Shown: positions 37,716 to 46,825 of the stretch, piece after piece
How positions within the stretch are numbered: the stretch's first letter is position 1
Layout: every line of letters begins with the position of its first letter
NCBI GenBank assembly: GCA_044372835.1
Contig: JBILRE010000010.1
Coordinates: forward strand, 7,039-71,038
From: Crocinitomicaceae bacterium
Lineage (GTDB): Bacteria; Bacteroidota; Bacteroidia; Flavobacteriales_D; Crocinitomicaceae
Direction of reading: 5' to 3'
DNA: 64,000 nucleotides
The notes under the pieces: generated by a model
Database searches by the model: none
Told to the model about the DNA's origin: nothing
Seen by the model: the letters and a program-made list of their open reading frames with translations, nothing else
Translations under genes and position numbers: made by a program

Positions 37716-40700
37716 ATGCGTTTTTTTTCCAATGCACTAACTTTGCGTTCCATGATGATCTATCTCAAGTCGTTTTATCCAAAGTCTTTCCGTTTAACCC
37801 TATTCGCTGTACTTGCGTGCCTGTCTGTTACAAATTCATTCGATACCAGGGCACAACAAACAGTATCCGTTTCGTTGAATTGGAAACAACCTGTAACCGT
37901 ATCCTACATGGGTCAAGAACTGTTGATACCTGTTTTAGATGGCATGGAGTTCAATGGTTTAGGTGAGCCGAGGTTCTTATTCAAAGTGAATACAAAGTTT
38001 ACAGCTGATATCCCCAGTGTTTCAAATGTAATCTACAGTACTGCCACGAAGGAGGACCTTGAAATTATAAAAAAGCTGAATGTGAATGTGCCAAATTCCT
38101 TCCATCCTGAACTAAAATGCACCAAAGAAAAAGGTGTCGATGCATTTACTGGCTCGTTTATACCCTATCAGTTGTTGAATAACGAAGTTGTGCGGATAAC
38201 CCAGGTGGAATTTAAGATAAGCCCAAAACTTTCACAAAATAACAAACCAAAAGAATTTGAAGCTTCCTCCGTATTGAAACAAGGAAGTGGGGATTGGTAT
38301 AAATTAGAAATTACCAAAGATGGCGTATATAAGATCGATCGCGAGTTCTTATTAAGTTGTGGGATCGACGTCGATAACCTAAATCCTATGCACCTAAACA
38401 TATTTGGAAATGGTGATGGAAAACTTCCTGAAACGAACGGTGCCGTAAAAACAGATGACTTGGCACTCAATCGTATATTGGTATCAGGCGAATCCGATGG
38501 GAGTTTCGACGCACAGGATTACATCCTTTTTTATGGTTGGGGTCCTTCGCGTTGGTCTTTGAAAGCAGGTGGATTATTTGATCAAGACAAAAACATTTAC
38601 TCCGATGTCTCCTGTTATTTCTTGAACATTGACCCTTCCAAATCACCAGCTCGAATTGAAAACTTAAACGCCAATACCCTCATAGAAGACACTGCTATCA
38701 CTACCTATTCTTATCATGATGTTTATGAAAATGACTTAGTGAACCTTGTCAGCGGCGGTCAACGTTGGTACGGAGAGGTTTTCGATACCGAACTCGAAAA
38801 GGTTTTTTCGTTCAGTGTTCCTAACATTTCAAACGGCTCACCTGTTTTCTTTAAAACGGCTATTGCAACCAATTCGAATAGCTCCTTTGGAACAGAACAC
38901 CGCTATTCCGTAAACGGGAATGTTCTCCTAAGTGAAACGCTACCATCCGTTTCATCTGACTACATTCGGTCGGAAGATTCGTTTTCCTTTTCTTCTAATG
39001 GTGCAAGCATTCCGTTGAAAATAAACATTACAAGAAATTCACCAAGTACGTTGGTTTATCTGGATCGAATTACACTCAATACGCGGAGAGGATTGGTATT
39101 TGCAGGCGGGCAATTCAATTTCAGGGACATTCCATCCGTAGGCTCAGGTAAAAAGACCAAGTTTACCCTATCCAGTTTTCCCGCCAGTGGTTTTGTCTGG
39201 GATGTTACAGATAGGCACTCACCCAAAAGGGTGATTGGAAATCTTTCTGGTAATGCGTTTTCCTACGTTGTAGAAACCGATTCATTGCGTGAGTTTACAG
39301 CCTCTAATGGTGTAAATTATTTCACTCCGGTATTTAAGGGAAGTGTTTCAACGCAAAACCTTCACGGCCTACCCTTTGCTGATTTGCTAATTGTTTCACA
39401 CAAAGATTTTCTAAACCAGGCAGAGCGCTTGGCAAATCTTCATCGAGAAGAAGGGTTAACGGTTCATGTGGTTAGTACGGAGCAGGTATTTAATGAATTT
39501 AGTTCCGGTATGCTTGACCCAACCGCTATAAGGTTGTTCGCAAAAATGTTTCACGATCGCGCTAACGGAGATACTTCCAATATGCCTGATTATCTGCTCT
39601 TGTTTGGAGACGGAACATTCGATCCTAAAAACAGGGTTTCCAACAACAATAATTTCGTCCCTACCTATCAAATGCCCAATGGAGAAAACCACATCTCAGC
39701 ACTGGTAACCGATGACTATTACGGAATGTTAGACGATGGTGAAAGTATCGCATCTGTGGATTTGATGGATATCGGCGTTGGAAGGTTGTTGATTAGTGAC
39801 CTCAATTCTGCCAAGCAGCAAGTAGATAAGATTGAACATTACATGAAAAATGGTTCGGAGTTGTTTCAAGGAAACACCGGAAATTCCTGCTCCGTTGGAG
39901 GAACTCAACAAACCTTTGGGGATTGGCGTTTGAACTATGTTCAAATTGCTGATGACGAGGAGGGCGGTTACTTCATCAACGAAGATACGGAAGATCAATT
40001 TGCTTATGTTCGAACGAATCATCCGGAAATGAACTGTGATAAACTGTATCTTGATGCTTTCACCCAAGTTTCGACGGCAGGAGGGCAGCGCTATCCAGAT
40101 GTTCAAGAAGCCATTACCAACTGGGTGGAGCGTGGTGCATTAGTCTTGAATTATGTAGGACATGGTGGAGAAGTTGGACTTGCCGAAGAGCGTGTCGTAA
40201 CGGTTCCCCAAATTCAATCCTGGAGCAATATCAATAGGCTCAATTTATTTGTTTCGGCAACTTGCGAATTTACCAAATACGACGATCCCTCGAGGGTATC
40301 GGCCGGGGAATGGGTATCTCTTAATCCTCGTGGTGGCGCCATTGCCTTGATGACCACCACCCGATCGGTCTTTTTTGGTGTTAATACCATTACAGGACAA
40401 AAGTTCTTTGAAACTGTTTTCACACGCGATGCCAATATGCAGCCTTTGACTTTTGGCGACATCGTTCGTAAAACAAAAAATGCAGCGGGTGCATCCGATA
40501 ATAAACGAAGTTTCACACTTATTGGTGATCCTGCCTTACGCATTGCCTTGCCACGATTGAATATCGTTACCGATAGCATAAACGGAAAAGATCCAGCACT
40601 CATGACCGATACGATGCGTGCCTTGGGAAAGGTCACTATTAAAGGTCATGTAGAGGACCAATTCGGAAACAACCTTTCTTCTTTCGATGGTGTGCTAGGG

Positions 40701-41636
40701 GCTAGTATTTTTGATAAATTTAAAACGTTCTATACCCTCGAGCAGGACCCATCCTCCGATGTCATCCCGTTTGAATTGCAGCGAAATATCATCTACAAGG
40801 GACAGGCAACAGTTAGCGACGGGGCATTTGCCTTTTCGTTCATTGTTCCCAAAGACATCAATTATTCTTTCGGACCAGGAAAAATAAGCTATTATGCGAA
40901 CAATTCCATTACCGATGCGGGTGGTCAGGATCAGCGTTTCATAGTTGGAGGAATCGATTCCATCGGAATCAATGACCAGAAAGGCCCAGATATCACGCTT
41001 TATCTGAACGACGAACAATTTGTGAGTGGAGGAATTACAGATGAAACGCCCATTTTAATTGCTGATCTGTTCGACGAGAATGGCATTAATACAGTAGGAA
41101 ATGGTATAGGGCATGACATCGTTGCGGTAATTGACGATGAATCATCAAACCCATTGGTATTAAATGAATTCTATACGGCCAACCTTGACACCTATCAATC
41201 TGGATCCGTTCGTTATACCTTACCAACGCTTGAAAAAGGTAAACATACACTTACTCTCAAGGCTTGGGACGTTGCCAATAATTCCTCTGAGGCACGAATA
41301 GATTTTGTAGTTCAGGAGAAAAAACAACTTACACTTGACCACGTGTTGAATTACCCAAATCCTTTTACAACAAGTACCCAATTTTTCTTTGAACACAATC
41401 AGGTTTGTTCCCAACTAGAGGTCATGTTAGAAATTTTTACAGTTTCTGGAAAATTGGTTCGAACCATTGATCGGTCTGTTGCCATGGAGGGCTTTCGTTC
41501 AGCCGGAATTGCATGGGACGGACGCGACGATTTCGGGGATCAACTCGCAAAAGGTGTCTATGTTTATCGCTTGAAAGTGCGCAATGATATCGGTGAAATG
41601 GCTGAGAAAATAGAAAAATTAGTACTGTTAAAATAG
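37716..41636 (+). CDS. porU: Type IX secretion system sortase PorU (C25-peptidase-like C-terminal signal peptidase)
   Basis: It shows a gingipain/C25-like His/Cys dyad context (LNYVGHGGE ... FVSATCEFT). The C-terminal Por_Secre_tail-type domain is present (NYPNPFTTST...GVYVYRLKV). It lies directly upstream of porV. The start is uncertain, with ATG 37716 preferred. Confidence 0.88.
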   Translation: MRFFSNALTLRSMMIYLKSFYPKSFRLTLFAVLACLSVTNSFDTRAQQTVSVSLNWKQPVTVSYMGQELLIPVLDGMEFNGLGEPRFLFKVNTKFTADIPSVSNVIYSTATKEDLEIIKKLNVNVPNSFHPELKCTKEKGVDAFTGSFIPYQLLNNEVVRITQVEFKISPKLSQNNKPKEFEASSVLKQGSGDWYKLEITKDGVYKIDREFLLSCGIDVDNLNPMHLNIFGNGDGKLPETNGAVKTDDLALNRILVSGESDGSFDAQDYILFYGWGPSRWSLKAGGLFDQDKNIYSDVSCYFLNIDPSKSPARIENLNANTLIEDTAITTYSYHDVYENDLVNLVSGGQRWYGEVFDTELEKVFSFSVPNISNGSPVFFKTAIATNSNSSFGTEHRYSVNGNVLLSETLPSVSSDYIRSEDSFSFSSNGASIPLKINITRNSPSTLVYLDRITLNTRRGLVFAGGQFNFRDIPSVGSGKKTKFTLSSFPASGFVWDVTDRHSPKRVIGNLSGNAFSYVVETDSLREFTASNGVNYFTPVFKGSVSTQNLHGLPFADLLIVSHKDFLNQAERLANLHREEGLTVHVVSTEQVFNEFSSGMLDPTAIRLFAKMFHDRANGDTSNMPDYLLLFGDGTFDPKNRVSNNNNFVPTYQMPNGENHISALVTDDYYGMLDDGESIASVDLMDIGVGRLLISDLNSAKQQVDKIEHYMKNGSELFQGNTGNSCSVGGTQQTFGDWRLNYVQIADDEEGGYFINEDTEDQFAYVRTNHPEMNCDKLYLDAFTQVSTAGGQRYPDVQEAITNWVERGALVLNYVGHGGEVGLAEERVVTVPQIQSWSNINRLNLFVSATCEFTKYDDPSRVSAGEWVSLNPRGGAIALMTTTRSVFFGVNTITGQKFFETVFTRDANMQPLTFGDIVRKTKNAAGASDNKRSFTLIGDPALRIALPRLNIVTDSINGKDPALMTDTMRALGKVTIKGHVEDQFGNNLSSFDGVLGASIFDKFKTFYTLEQDPSSDVIPFELQRNIIYKGQATVSDGAFAFSFIVPKDINYSFGPGKISYYANNSITDAGGQDQRFIVGGIDSIGINDQKGPDITLYLNDEQFVSGGITDETPILIADLFDENGINTVGNGIGHDIVAVIDDESSNPLVLNEFYTANLDTYQSGSVRYTLPTLEKGKHTLTLKAWDVANNSSEARIDFVVQEKKQLTLDHVLNYPNPFTTSTQFFFEHNQVCSQLEVMLEIFTVSGKLVRTIDRSVAMEGFRSAGIAWDGRDDFGDQLAKGVYVYRLKVRNDIGEMAEKIEKLVLLK

Positions 41637-41664
41637 ACCGAATTAAATTGCCATTTGAAATACC

Positions 41665-41672
41665 TATATTTG
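41665..41672 (+). promoter_or_regulatory. Putative -7 box for porV
   Basis: TATATTTG lies in the porU-porV gap, 19 nt upstream of ATG 41692. Confidence 0.45.
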
Positions 41673-41691
41673 TATGTTTAAAACAAAAAGA

Positions 41692-42990
41692 ATGAATTCA
41701 AAATTTGTCTGGTTAGTTGTTTTTACCGTAGGTTGCTTCTTTTCTTGGGCACAGCCCACGAGTTCAGGAGTTACGGACAATGACCTGCAATTAAACACGA
41801 TCACTACTGCAGTACCTTTCATGGCGATTACACCAGATTCAAGGGCAGGAGGAATGGGTGATGCAGGTACAGCCTTGAGTGGAAACTCAAATTCCATTTA
41901 TTGGAATACAGCAATGCTCAATTTTGCTGAAGATAAATCAGAAATCAGTTTATCTTACACTCCGTGGCTTAGGCAATTAACAAACGACATTCATCTTTCA
42001 TACCTAGCTGGTTATACCAAAATAAATGACCGAATGGCTGTTGGAGGTGCCTTACGATTTTTTAGTTTAGGGGAAATTACCTTTACTGATGCGAGTGGGA
42101 ACGTAATTAGGGATGATAAGCCTAGTGAATACGAAATTACTGGTGCCTACGCCTTCTTGCTAAGTGAAAAAATGAGTATCGGTATCAATGGGAAATTTGC
42201 ATATTCCAACTTAACAGGGGGATTGACAGTGAATGGTGTCAATACTAAAGCAGGGGTTGCAGGTGCGGCGGATTTATCATTCACTTACTTCAATGAGGAT
42301 GCAGAAATTGGTAGTTTGGATGGTACTTACACCTTCGCTACGACCATTAATAACATTGGGAACAAAATAGCCTATTCAGAATTACAATCGAGGGATTTTC
42401 TTCCTATGAACTTAAAAATTGGAAATTCGTTTAAAGCAGAACTAGATAAGTATAATAGCCTATTGTTTTGTATCGATTTACAGCGTTTATTGGTACCGAC
42501 ACCGGCGTATTATGACTTTGTAGATTTGGACAACGACGGACAAATTGAATCAAACGAGTATATTATGTTGTCTGGGAGGACAGACGATGTTGGTGTTATC
42601 GGAGGAATGATTCAGTCGTTTTATGATGCCCCTGGGGTGGTAGCCGAAGATGAAAACGGCAACTACATTCAAAATGCCGATGGTACCTTCGAAGTGGTGA
42701 AGGGAACCCGTTTCAAAGAAGAATTAGCTGAAATAAACATTTGCGCAGGTCTTGAGTATTGGTACAACGACGTTTTAGCTATTCGTGCCGGTTATTTTTA
42801 CGAGAATAAAAACAAAGGTGACCGCCAGTATTTTAACATTGGGGCAGGTTTCAAATACAACATGTTCGGGATTGATGTTTCGTACCTCGCAGCCGTTGGA
42901 AGACAAAGTCCACTGGCAAATACCCTACGCTTCACTTTGCGTTACCATTTTGGTAAGAAAGCAAGTAGTACAGCTACTCAACCTGAGTAA
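41692..42990 (+). CDS. porV: Type IX secretion system outer-membrane shuttle protein PorV (LptO)
   Basis: The hallmark N-terminal motif is VPFMAITPDSRAGGMGDAGTA, and the C-terminus is beta-barrel-like. The -7 box TATATTTG at 41665-41672 abuts the listed ATG 41674, so ATG 41692 (MNSKFVW..) is preferred. Confidence 0.9.
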   Translation: MNSKFVWLVVFTVGCFFSWAQPTSSGVTDNDLQLNTITTAVPFMAITPDSRAGGMGDAGTALSGNSNSIYWNTAMLNFAEDKSEISLSYTPWLRQLTNDIHLSYLAGYTKINDRMAVGGALRFFSLGEITFTDASGNVIRDDKPSEYEITGAYAFLLSEKMSIGINGKFAYSNLTGGLTVNGVNTKAGVAGAADLSFTYFNEDAEIGSLDGTYTFATTINNIGNKIAYSELQSRDFLPMNLKIGNSFKAELDKYNSLLFCIDLQRLLVPTPAYYDFVDLDNDGQIESNEYIMLSGRTDDVGVIGGMIQSFYDAPGVVAEDENGNYIQNADGTFEVVKGTRFKEELAEINICAGLEYWYNDVLAIRAGYFYENKNKGDRQYFNIGAGFKYNMFGIDVSYLAAVGRQSPLANTLRFTLRYHFGKKASSTATQPE

Positions 42991-43005
42991 AATCCCGGTT
43001 TTAAT

Positions 43006-43482
43006 ATGGACATTCGCATTGGTTTTGGGGTTGACGTTCATCGCCTAGCACCAGGTAGGGATCTCATAGTTGGAGGAGTGAGATTAGCATCGGAATTGGG
43101 CGCCGTTGGTCACTCTGACGCGGACGTACTGATACATGCCATTTGCGATGCTTTGCTTGGAGCGCTCAATTTAAGGGATATTGGCTTTAATTTTTCAGAT
43201 ACTGATCCGGCTTTTGAAAACATCGATTCAACCATTCTATTGACACGTGTCATGCAGATGATTCAAGAACGCGGTTTTCAACTGGTTAACACTGACTGTA
43301 CGGTTATTTTGGAAAAGCCCAAATTGAACCCTCACATTCCTGCCATGGTGGAGGTTCTAGCACCTATTTTAGCTGTTCAACCGGAATGTATTTCCATTAA
43401 GGCAACCACACATGAAAAGGTGGACTCATTTGGAGAACAGCGAGCCATCAAAGCCTATTCCGTCTGTTTGTTAAAAAGGTGA
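43006..43482 (+). CDS. ispF: 2-C-methyl-D-erythritol 2,4-cyclodiphosphate synthase
   Basis: Motifs seen: RIGFGVDVHRL, GHSDADVLIHAICDALLGA. Confidence 0.96.
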   Translation: MDIRIGFGVDVHRLAPGRDLIVGGVRLASELGAVGHSDADVLIHAICDALLGALNLRDIGFNFSDTDPAFENIDSTILLTRVMQMIQERGFQLVNTDCTVILEKPKLNPHIPAMVEVLAPILAVQPECISIKATTHEKVDSFGEQRAIKAYSVCLLKR

Positions 43483-43543
43483 TTCGGGATGGGTGCAATT
43501 GGAATTGTGCTTATATTTACATCAAATCATTAAATATTTTACA

Positions 43544-43735
43544 ATGAAAAAAACATTGCTATTAGGAGCGTTAGTTCTATTGGGATTCAGTTCTTGCAAA
43601 AAAGATTACAAATGTACATGTACTGTGGGAGGATTTAGCAACACCGTTGAATATAACGATTTGACTAAGGATGAAGCTGAAACTATTCAAAATGAATGTG
43701 AATTATCAACCGTATGTACTTGGTCTACCCAATAA
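43544..43735 (+). CDS. Cys-rich mini-lipoprotein (paralogue of 21516..21743)
   Basis: MKKTLLLGALVLLGFSSC is a lipobox. The mature 45-aa part is CKKDYKCTC..GG....NEC....VCTWSTQ. A perfect terminator hairpin follows the gene. Confidence 0.6.
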   Translation: MKKTLLLGALVLLGFSSCKKDYKCTCTVGGFSNTVEYNDLTKDEAETIQNECELSTVCTWSTQ

Positions 43736-43756
43736 TTAGCCTTACGTTTTTATCTT

Positions 43757-43788
43757 AAAAGTCATCAAAAGATGACTTTTTCTTTTTT
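43757..43788. terminator. Bidirectional intrinsic terminator between convergent genes
   Basis: A perfect 10-bp stem AAAAGTCATC-AAAA-GATGACTTTT is followed by TCTTTTTT. It lies between the mini-lipoprotein (+) and the 43787..44407 gene (-). Confidence 0.7.
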
Positions 43789-44407
43789 ACCTTGTTCCTA
43801 ACCCATAACCTAGTTGAATTCCACCCGCTAAACCAACGGGAATACTTGCCACTTTTCGTGCCTCAATGAAACCACTGATAGCCATTTTTTCAGCGAGGAT
43901 GTAGGTTAATTTCACCCCCAAAGAGCACGAATATTTTATGGATTTATATCCTGATTCTCGGTCTTTTATAAAATCTATACCCAATATATTGGCGTATGGA
44001 CTTATGTCTCCTCGAAATCCGATGTTTTGATGGAAACTTGCGCCATCCGGAAGCACAAAAGCGAGTAAACCCAAGAATGCGGTTCCACCTCCGGAAGTGG
44101 TAGTATCTCCATCTGCAGCATTTGCCAATCCTGCTAGTAACAATATAGGTCCACCAATCAAACCCAAAGGTGTATGGATATGCCGGACATCATCGTTGCG
44201 ATTTAAATATTCGAATTGGTAATTTACACTTACCTTGTCATGAACCACCCAATTTGCGGTTAAACCAAACACGTGAAAATCCTTCGTTGTAAAAGCACCA
44301 TACCCATATTTGGCATTTATATAAAACCGATTCGAGGTATACTGAGCATTTGTATTAATTCCTTTTATAATGAAAAGGAAAAGCAGAAAAGCGGATAGTA
44401 ATTTCAT
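43787..44407 (-). CDS. Secreted/outer-membrane hypothetical protein
   Basis: The signal peptide MKLLSAFLLFLFIIKGINTNAQ starts at ATG 44407. Beta-strand-like segments and an internal Gly-rich hydrophobic stretch (GGGTAFLGLLAFVLP) are present. I recognised no family. Confidence 0.5.
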   Translation of the reverse strand: MKLLSAFLLFLFIIKGINTNAQYTSNRFYINAKYGYGAFTTKDFHVFGLTANWVVHDKVSVNYQFEYLNRNDDVRHIHTPLGLIGGPILLLAGLANAADGDTTTSGGGTAFLGLLAFVLPDGASFHQNIGFRGDISPYANILGIDFIKDRESGYKSIKYSCSLGVKLTYILAEKMAISGFIEARKVASIPVGLAGGIQLGYGLGTR

Positions 44408-44656
44408 ATTCGTATTGTTTGAACTAAAATACCTCTTTTTATAAACATGTAAACACATTGGAATAAATTCGCGTGTGATTTTCATCTGACTCAAAAAAAA
44501 TAAAACATAAAACATAATATTTAAAACTTATTATTCAATTGTTTTTCAGTTGATTAAATCTTTTTTTAATATGCTTACATATTTTTTTTTATGTGCTTGC
44601 ACAATATTATCATAACAATAACGTTTCATAAATTGAACTGTTAAAAAACCTGAATT

Positions 44657-45148
44657 ATGAAGACAAATGTGCAGCTCATCACGGAGCAAATGAGTTATTT
44701 TCGAGCTATTGCCCGAAAATCATTACCAAGCCGCTACCAATACCTTGCAGAAGATTTGGCTCAAGACGCCATTATTAAAGCAATTGCTAAGGTTCATTTG
44801 TACGATCCAACAAAAGGAAATTTTAAATCTTGGTTGTACCGATTGACTCAAAATGTTTGTTTTGATGCCATTCGAAAAATGCAAAAAATGGATTACGTAC
44901 CTTTAAACACTCAGATTTTATACCCAGATCATCAACAAAAAGATGTCAATCGTTCGGATTTACGCAAGATCCGTAAATCACTTCAATATTTGTGTGAGCG
45001 CGACCGAATGCTGATTACCTATCGGTTCATGTTCAACTTAAGCGGAAAGGAAATGGCACAGTTGATGAACATTCCAGAAGCTCAAATCAATGTTTACTTC
45101 AAACGGGCTAAAGAGAAACTTAAGCAGTTGTGTCAGAAAGCGGCATGA
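44657..45148 (+). CDS. ECF-type RNA polymerase sigma-70 factor
   Basis: Region 2 (LAEDLAQDAIIKA..FKSWLYRLTQNVCFDAIR) and the region 4 HTH (LSGKEMAQLMNIPEAQINVYFKRAKEKL) are present. The size of 163 aa fits the family. Confidence 0.85.
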   Translation: MKTNVQLITEQMSYFRAIARKSLPSRYQYLAEDLAQDAIIKAIAKVHLYDPTKGNFKSWLYRLTQNVCFDAIRKMQKMDYVPLNTQILYPDHQQKDVNRSDLRKIRKSLQYLCERDRMLITYRFMFNLSGKEMAQLMNIPEAQINVYFKRAKEKLKQLCQKAA

Positions 45149-45158
45149 CAAAAAATAC

Positions 45159-45188
45159 AGAGGCTACTTGTTAAGTAGCCTCTTTTTT
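45159..45188 (+). terminator. Intrinsic terminator after the ECF sigma gene
   Basis: A perfect 11-bp stem AGAGGCTACTT-GTT-AAGTAGCCTCT is followed by TTTTT. It lies 10 nt after the stop codon. Confidence 0.75.
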
Positions 45189-45228
45189 GTTGTATGTTTT
45201 GTTAATTTAGAGCTCTAAAAACTTCGAA

Positions 45229-46074
45229 ATGAAAATCATTGTCTTTTGTACCTCTTTGTTACTGTTTTTCTCTTGTGGGGGAAATGCTAACGACAACAAA
45301 CGAAATACTAAAAATAAAAAAGAGGATGTCGCCGTTGATACGGCTAATCAAGAGGTTGAGGAGGAGAAATTTGTAAGCGGGCTGAACGTTTCCTACAAGA
45401 ACTATAAATCTGAAAAATGTTTTGAGGCCGATCCGGAAGAGGAGTACAGCGAACCGTTTTGTGCGGAGATAAAAGTGAAACAAATGCTTGTTGCATTGAC
45501 AGATCCTAAGGTTTCAGAAAAAATAAACGCGGTCATTTTTAAATCAATCACCGACAAACCTATAGGCAGCATATCTATGAAAAAGTGGGTTTCCAAGGTT
45601 CAAGAGGTTGAAAGTATTTACGAGGCATCCGCTGAAGAAATTAGTTGTTCATCGGACCTCCAAACGGAAGACCTTTTGTGTATGTCAATTAGTTGGTACT
45701 CCTATTCTTATGGTGCGGCACATCCTTCTGGTTCCATTAGCAATTATAATTTCGATCTTAGAACGGGAAAAAAGTTACAGCTTGATGATTTGTTAAAAGA
45801 CGGATACAAAAAGGAACTTAAGCGCTTGGGTGAAAAAGCGTTTATAAAAGCAAATGGTTCCAGCGGTTGGGAATTCACTCCTGGAAGAGGAGACTTTTTC
45901 CTTCCTGACAATTTTTCCATCACCAAGAAGGGCTTAAGGTTTACGTATGGTCAATATGAAATTGGGCCTTATGCCGCTGGTTCACCAGAGCTTTTAATTC
46001 GCTACGACCAAATTAGCCAGTTCATTCAGGAGGATTCACCCCTTATGAAATTTGTTGAAATCACGAAAAAATAA
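45229..46074 (+). CDS. DUF4163/DUF3298 (RsiV/PdaC C-terminal-type) lipoprotein
   Basis: The lipobox is LLLFFSC. The DUF3298 signature is YSYGAAHPSGSISNYNFDLRTGKKLQLDDLL, with a second half of GLRFTYGQYEIGPYAAG. Confidence 0.7.
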   Translation: MKIIVFCTSLLLFFSCGGNANDNKRNTKNKKEDVAVDTANQEVEEEKFVSGLNVSYKNYKSEKCFEADPEEEYSEPFCAEIKVKQMLVALTDPKVSEKINAVIFKSITDKPIGSISMKKWVSKVQEVESIYEASAEEISCSSDLQTEDLLCMSISWYSYSYGAAHPSGSISNYNFDLRTGKKLQLDDLLKDGYKKELKRLGEKAFIKANGSSGWEFTPGRGDFFLPDNFSITKKGLRFTYGQYEIGPYAAGSPELLIRYDQISQFIQEDSPLMKFVEITKK

Positions 46075-46081
46075 GGTTGTT

Positions 46082-46759
46082 TTACTTACCACTTACCAGC
46101 GGTTTTGAGGTGATTCTTCGAAATCCGAGCACGGTCTCTGCATCGTAAGTTTGAATGCACACCTCATCGTTCTGGTTTCCACCCAGGCAGTAGAGTTCCT
46201 TCCCATCTACTGATTTTCCAATATAAATGGAAACATGACCTTTCCAAGAGTCCTTTTTTTCCCTCCAAAAAACGACGACATCTCCCGGTTGGGGCTTACT
46301 TACTGTATCACCCACATTTAACCAAGACCTCGCATTCATGTATTTTGAAAATTGAAAGCCTTGTTTCTTGGCACAATACCCCATAAATACGCTACACCAG
46401 GCTGATTCGTCGTTTTTAATTTTGGTGTTTCCTGTTTCATGAAAAAACATCAACACTTTCGGTTCATGGCCACTACCCTCTATGTCTCTTAGGCCATAAA
46501 AGGTACGTGCCTGAGCGATTAAAGGGTGAAGAAGCATGCCAACACTAACGGAATCAACACAAGCAAGGTCCATCAAAAAAGGATCTCCACAATAACGCCA
46601 TTGTTCTTTTAACACATCGGATGAATCAGGAGGTAATGGAGGAATGGAGGCAGAAAAAAGAGACTGACTATACCCTAAAAACAAGGCTAATAGGAGAACC
46701 GTTGACCCCTTAAATGGTCCAGTTAGCAGTGGAAAATTGATTTTTTTGTTTGGAATCAT
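46082..46759 (-). CDS. TIGR02594-family / NlpC-P60-CHAP-like cell-wall hydrolase
   Basis: An N-terminal hydrophobic anchor is present. The catalytic Cys context is DESAWCSVFMGYCAKKQG, the His context is WKGHVSIYIG, and the tail has LGGNQNDEV. ATG 46759 is preferred. Confidence 0.7.
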   Translation of the reverse strand: MIPNKKINFPLLTGPFKGSTVLLLALFLGYSQSLFSASIPPLPPDSSDVLKEQWRYCGDPFLMDLACVDSVSVGMLLHPLIAQARTFYGLRDIEGSGHEPKVLMFFHETGNTKIKNDESAWCSVFMGYCAKKQGFQFSKYMNARSWLNVGDTVSKPQPGDVVVFWREKKDSWKGHVSIYIGKSVDGKELYCLGGNQNDEVCIQTYDAETVLGFRRITSKPLVSGK

Positions 46760-46825
46760 TGTATCAAAAATAAAAAAAGAAGTTAACAACGCATCTACCC
46801 TCTTGCTATCTTCCAAAGATTTAAC

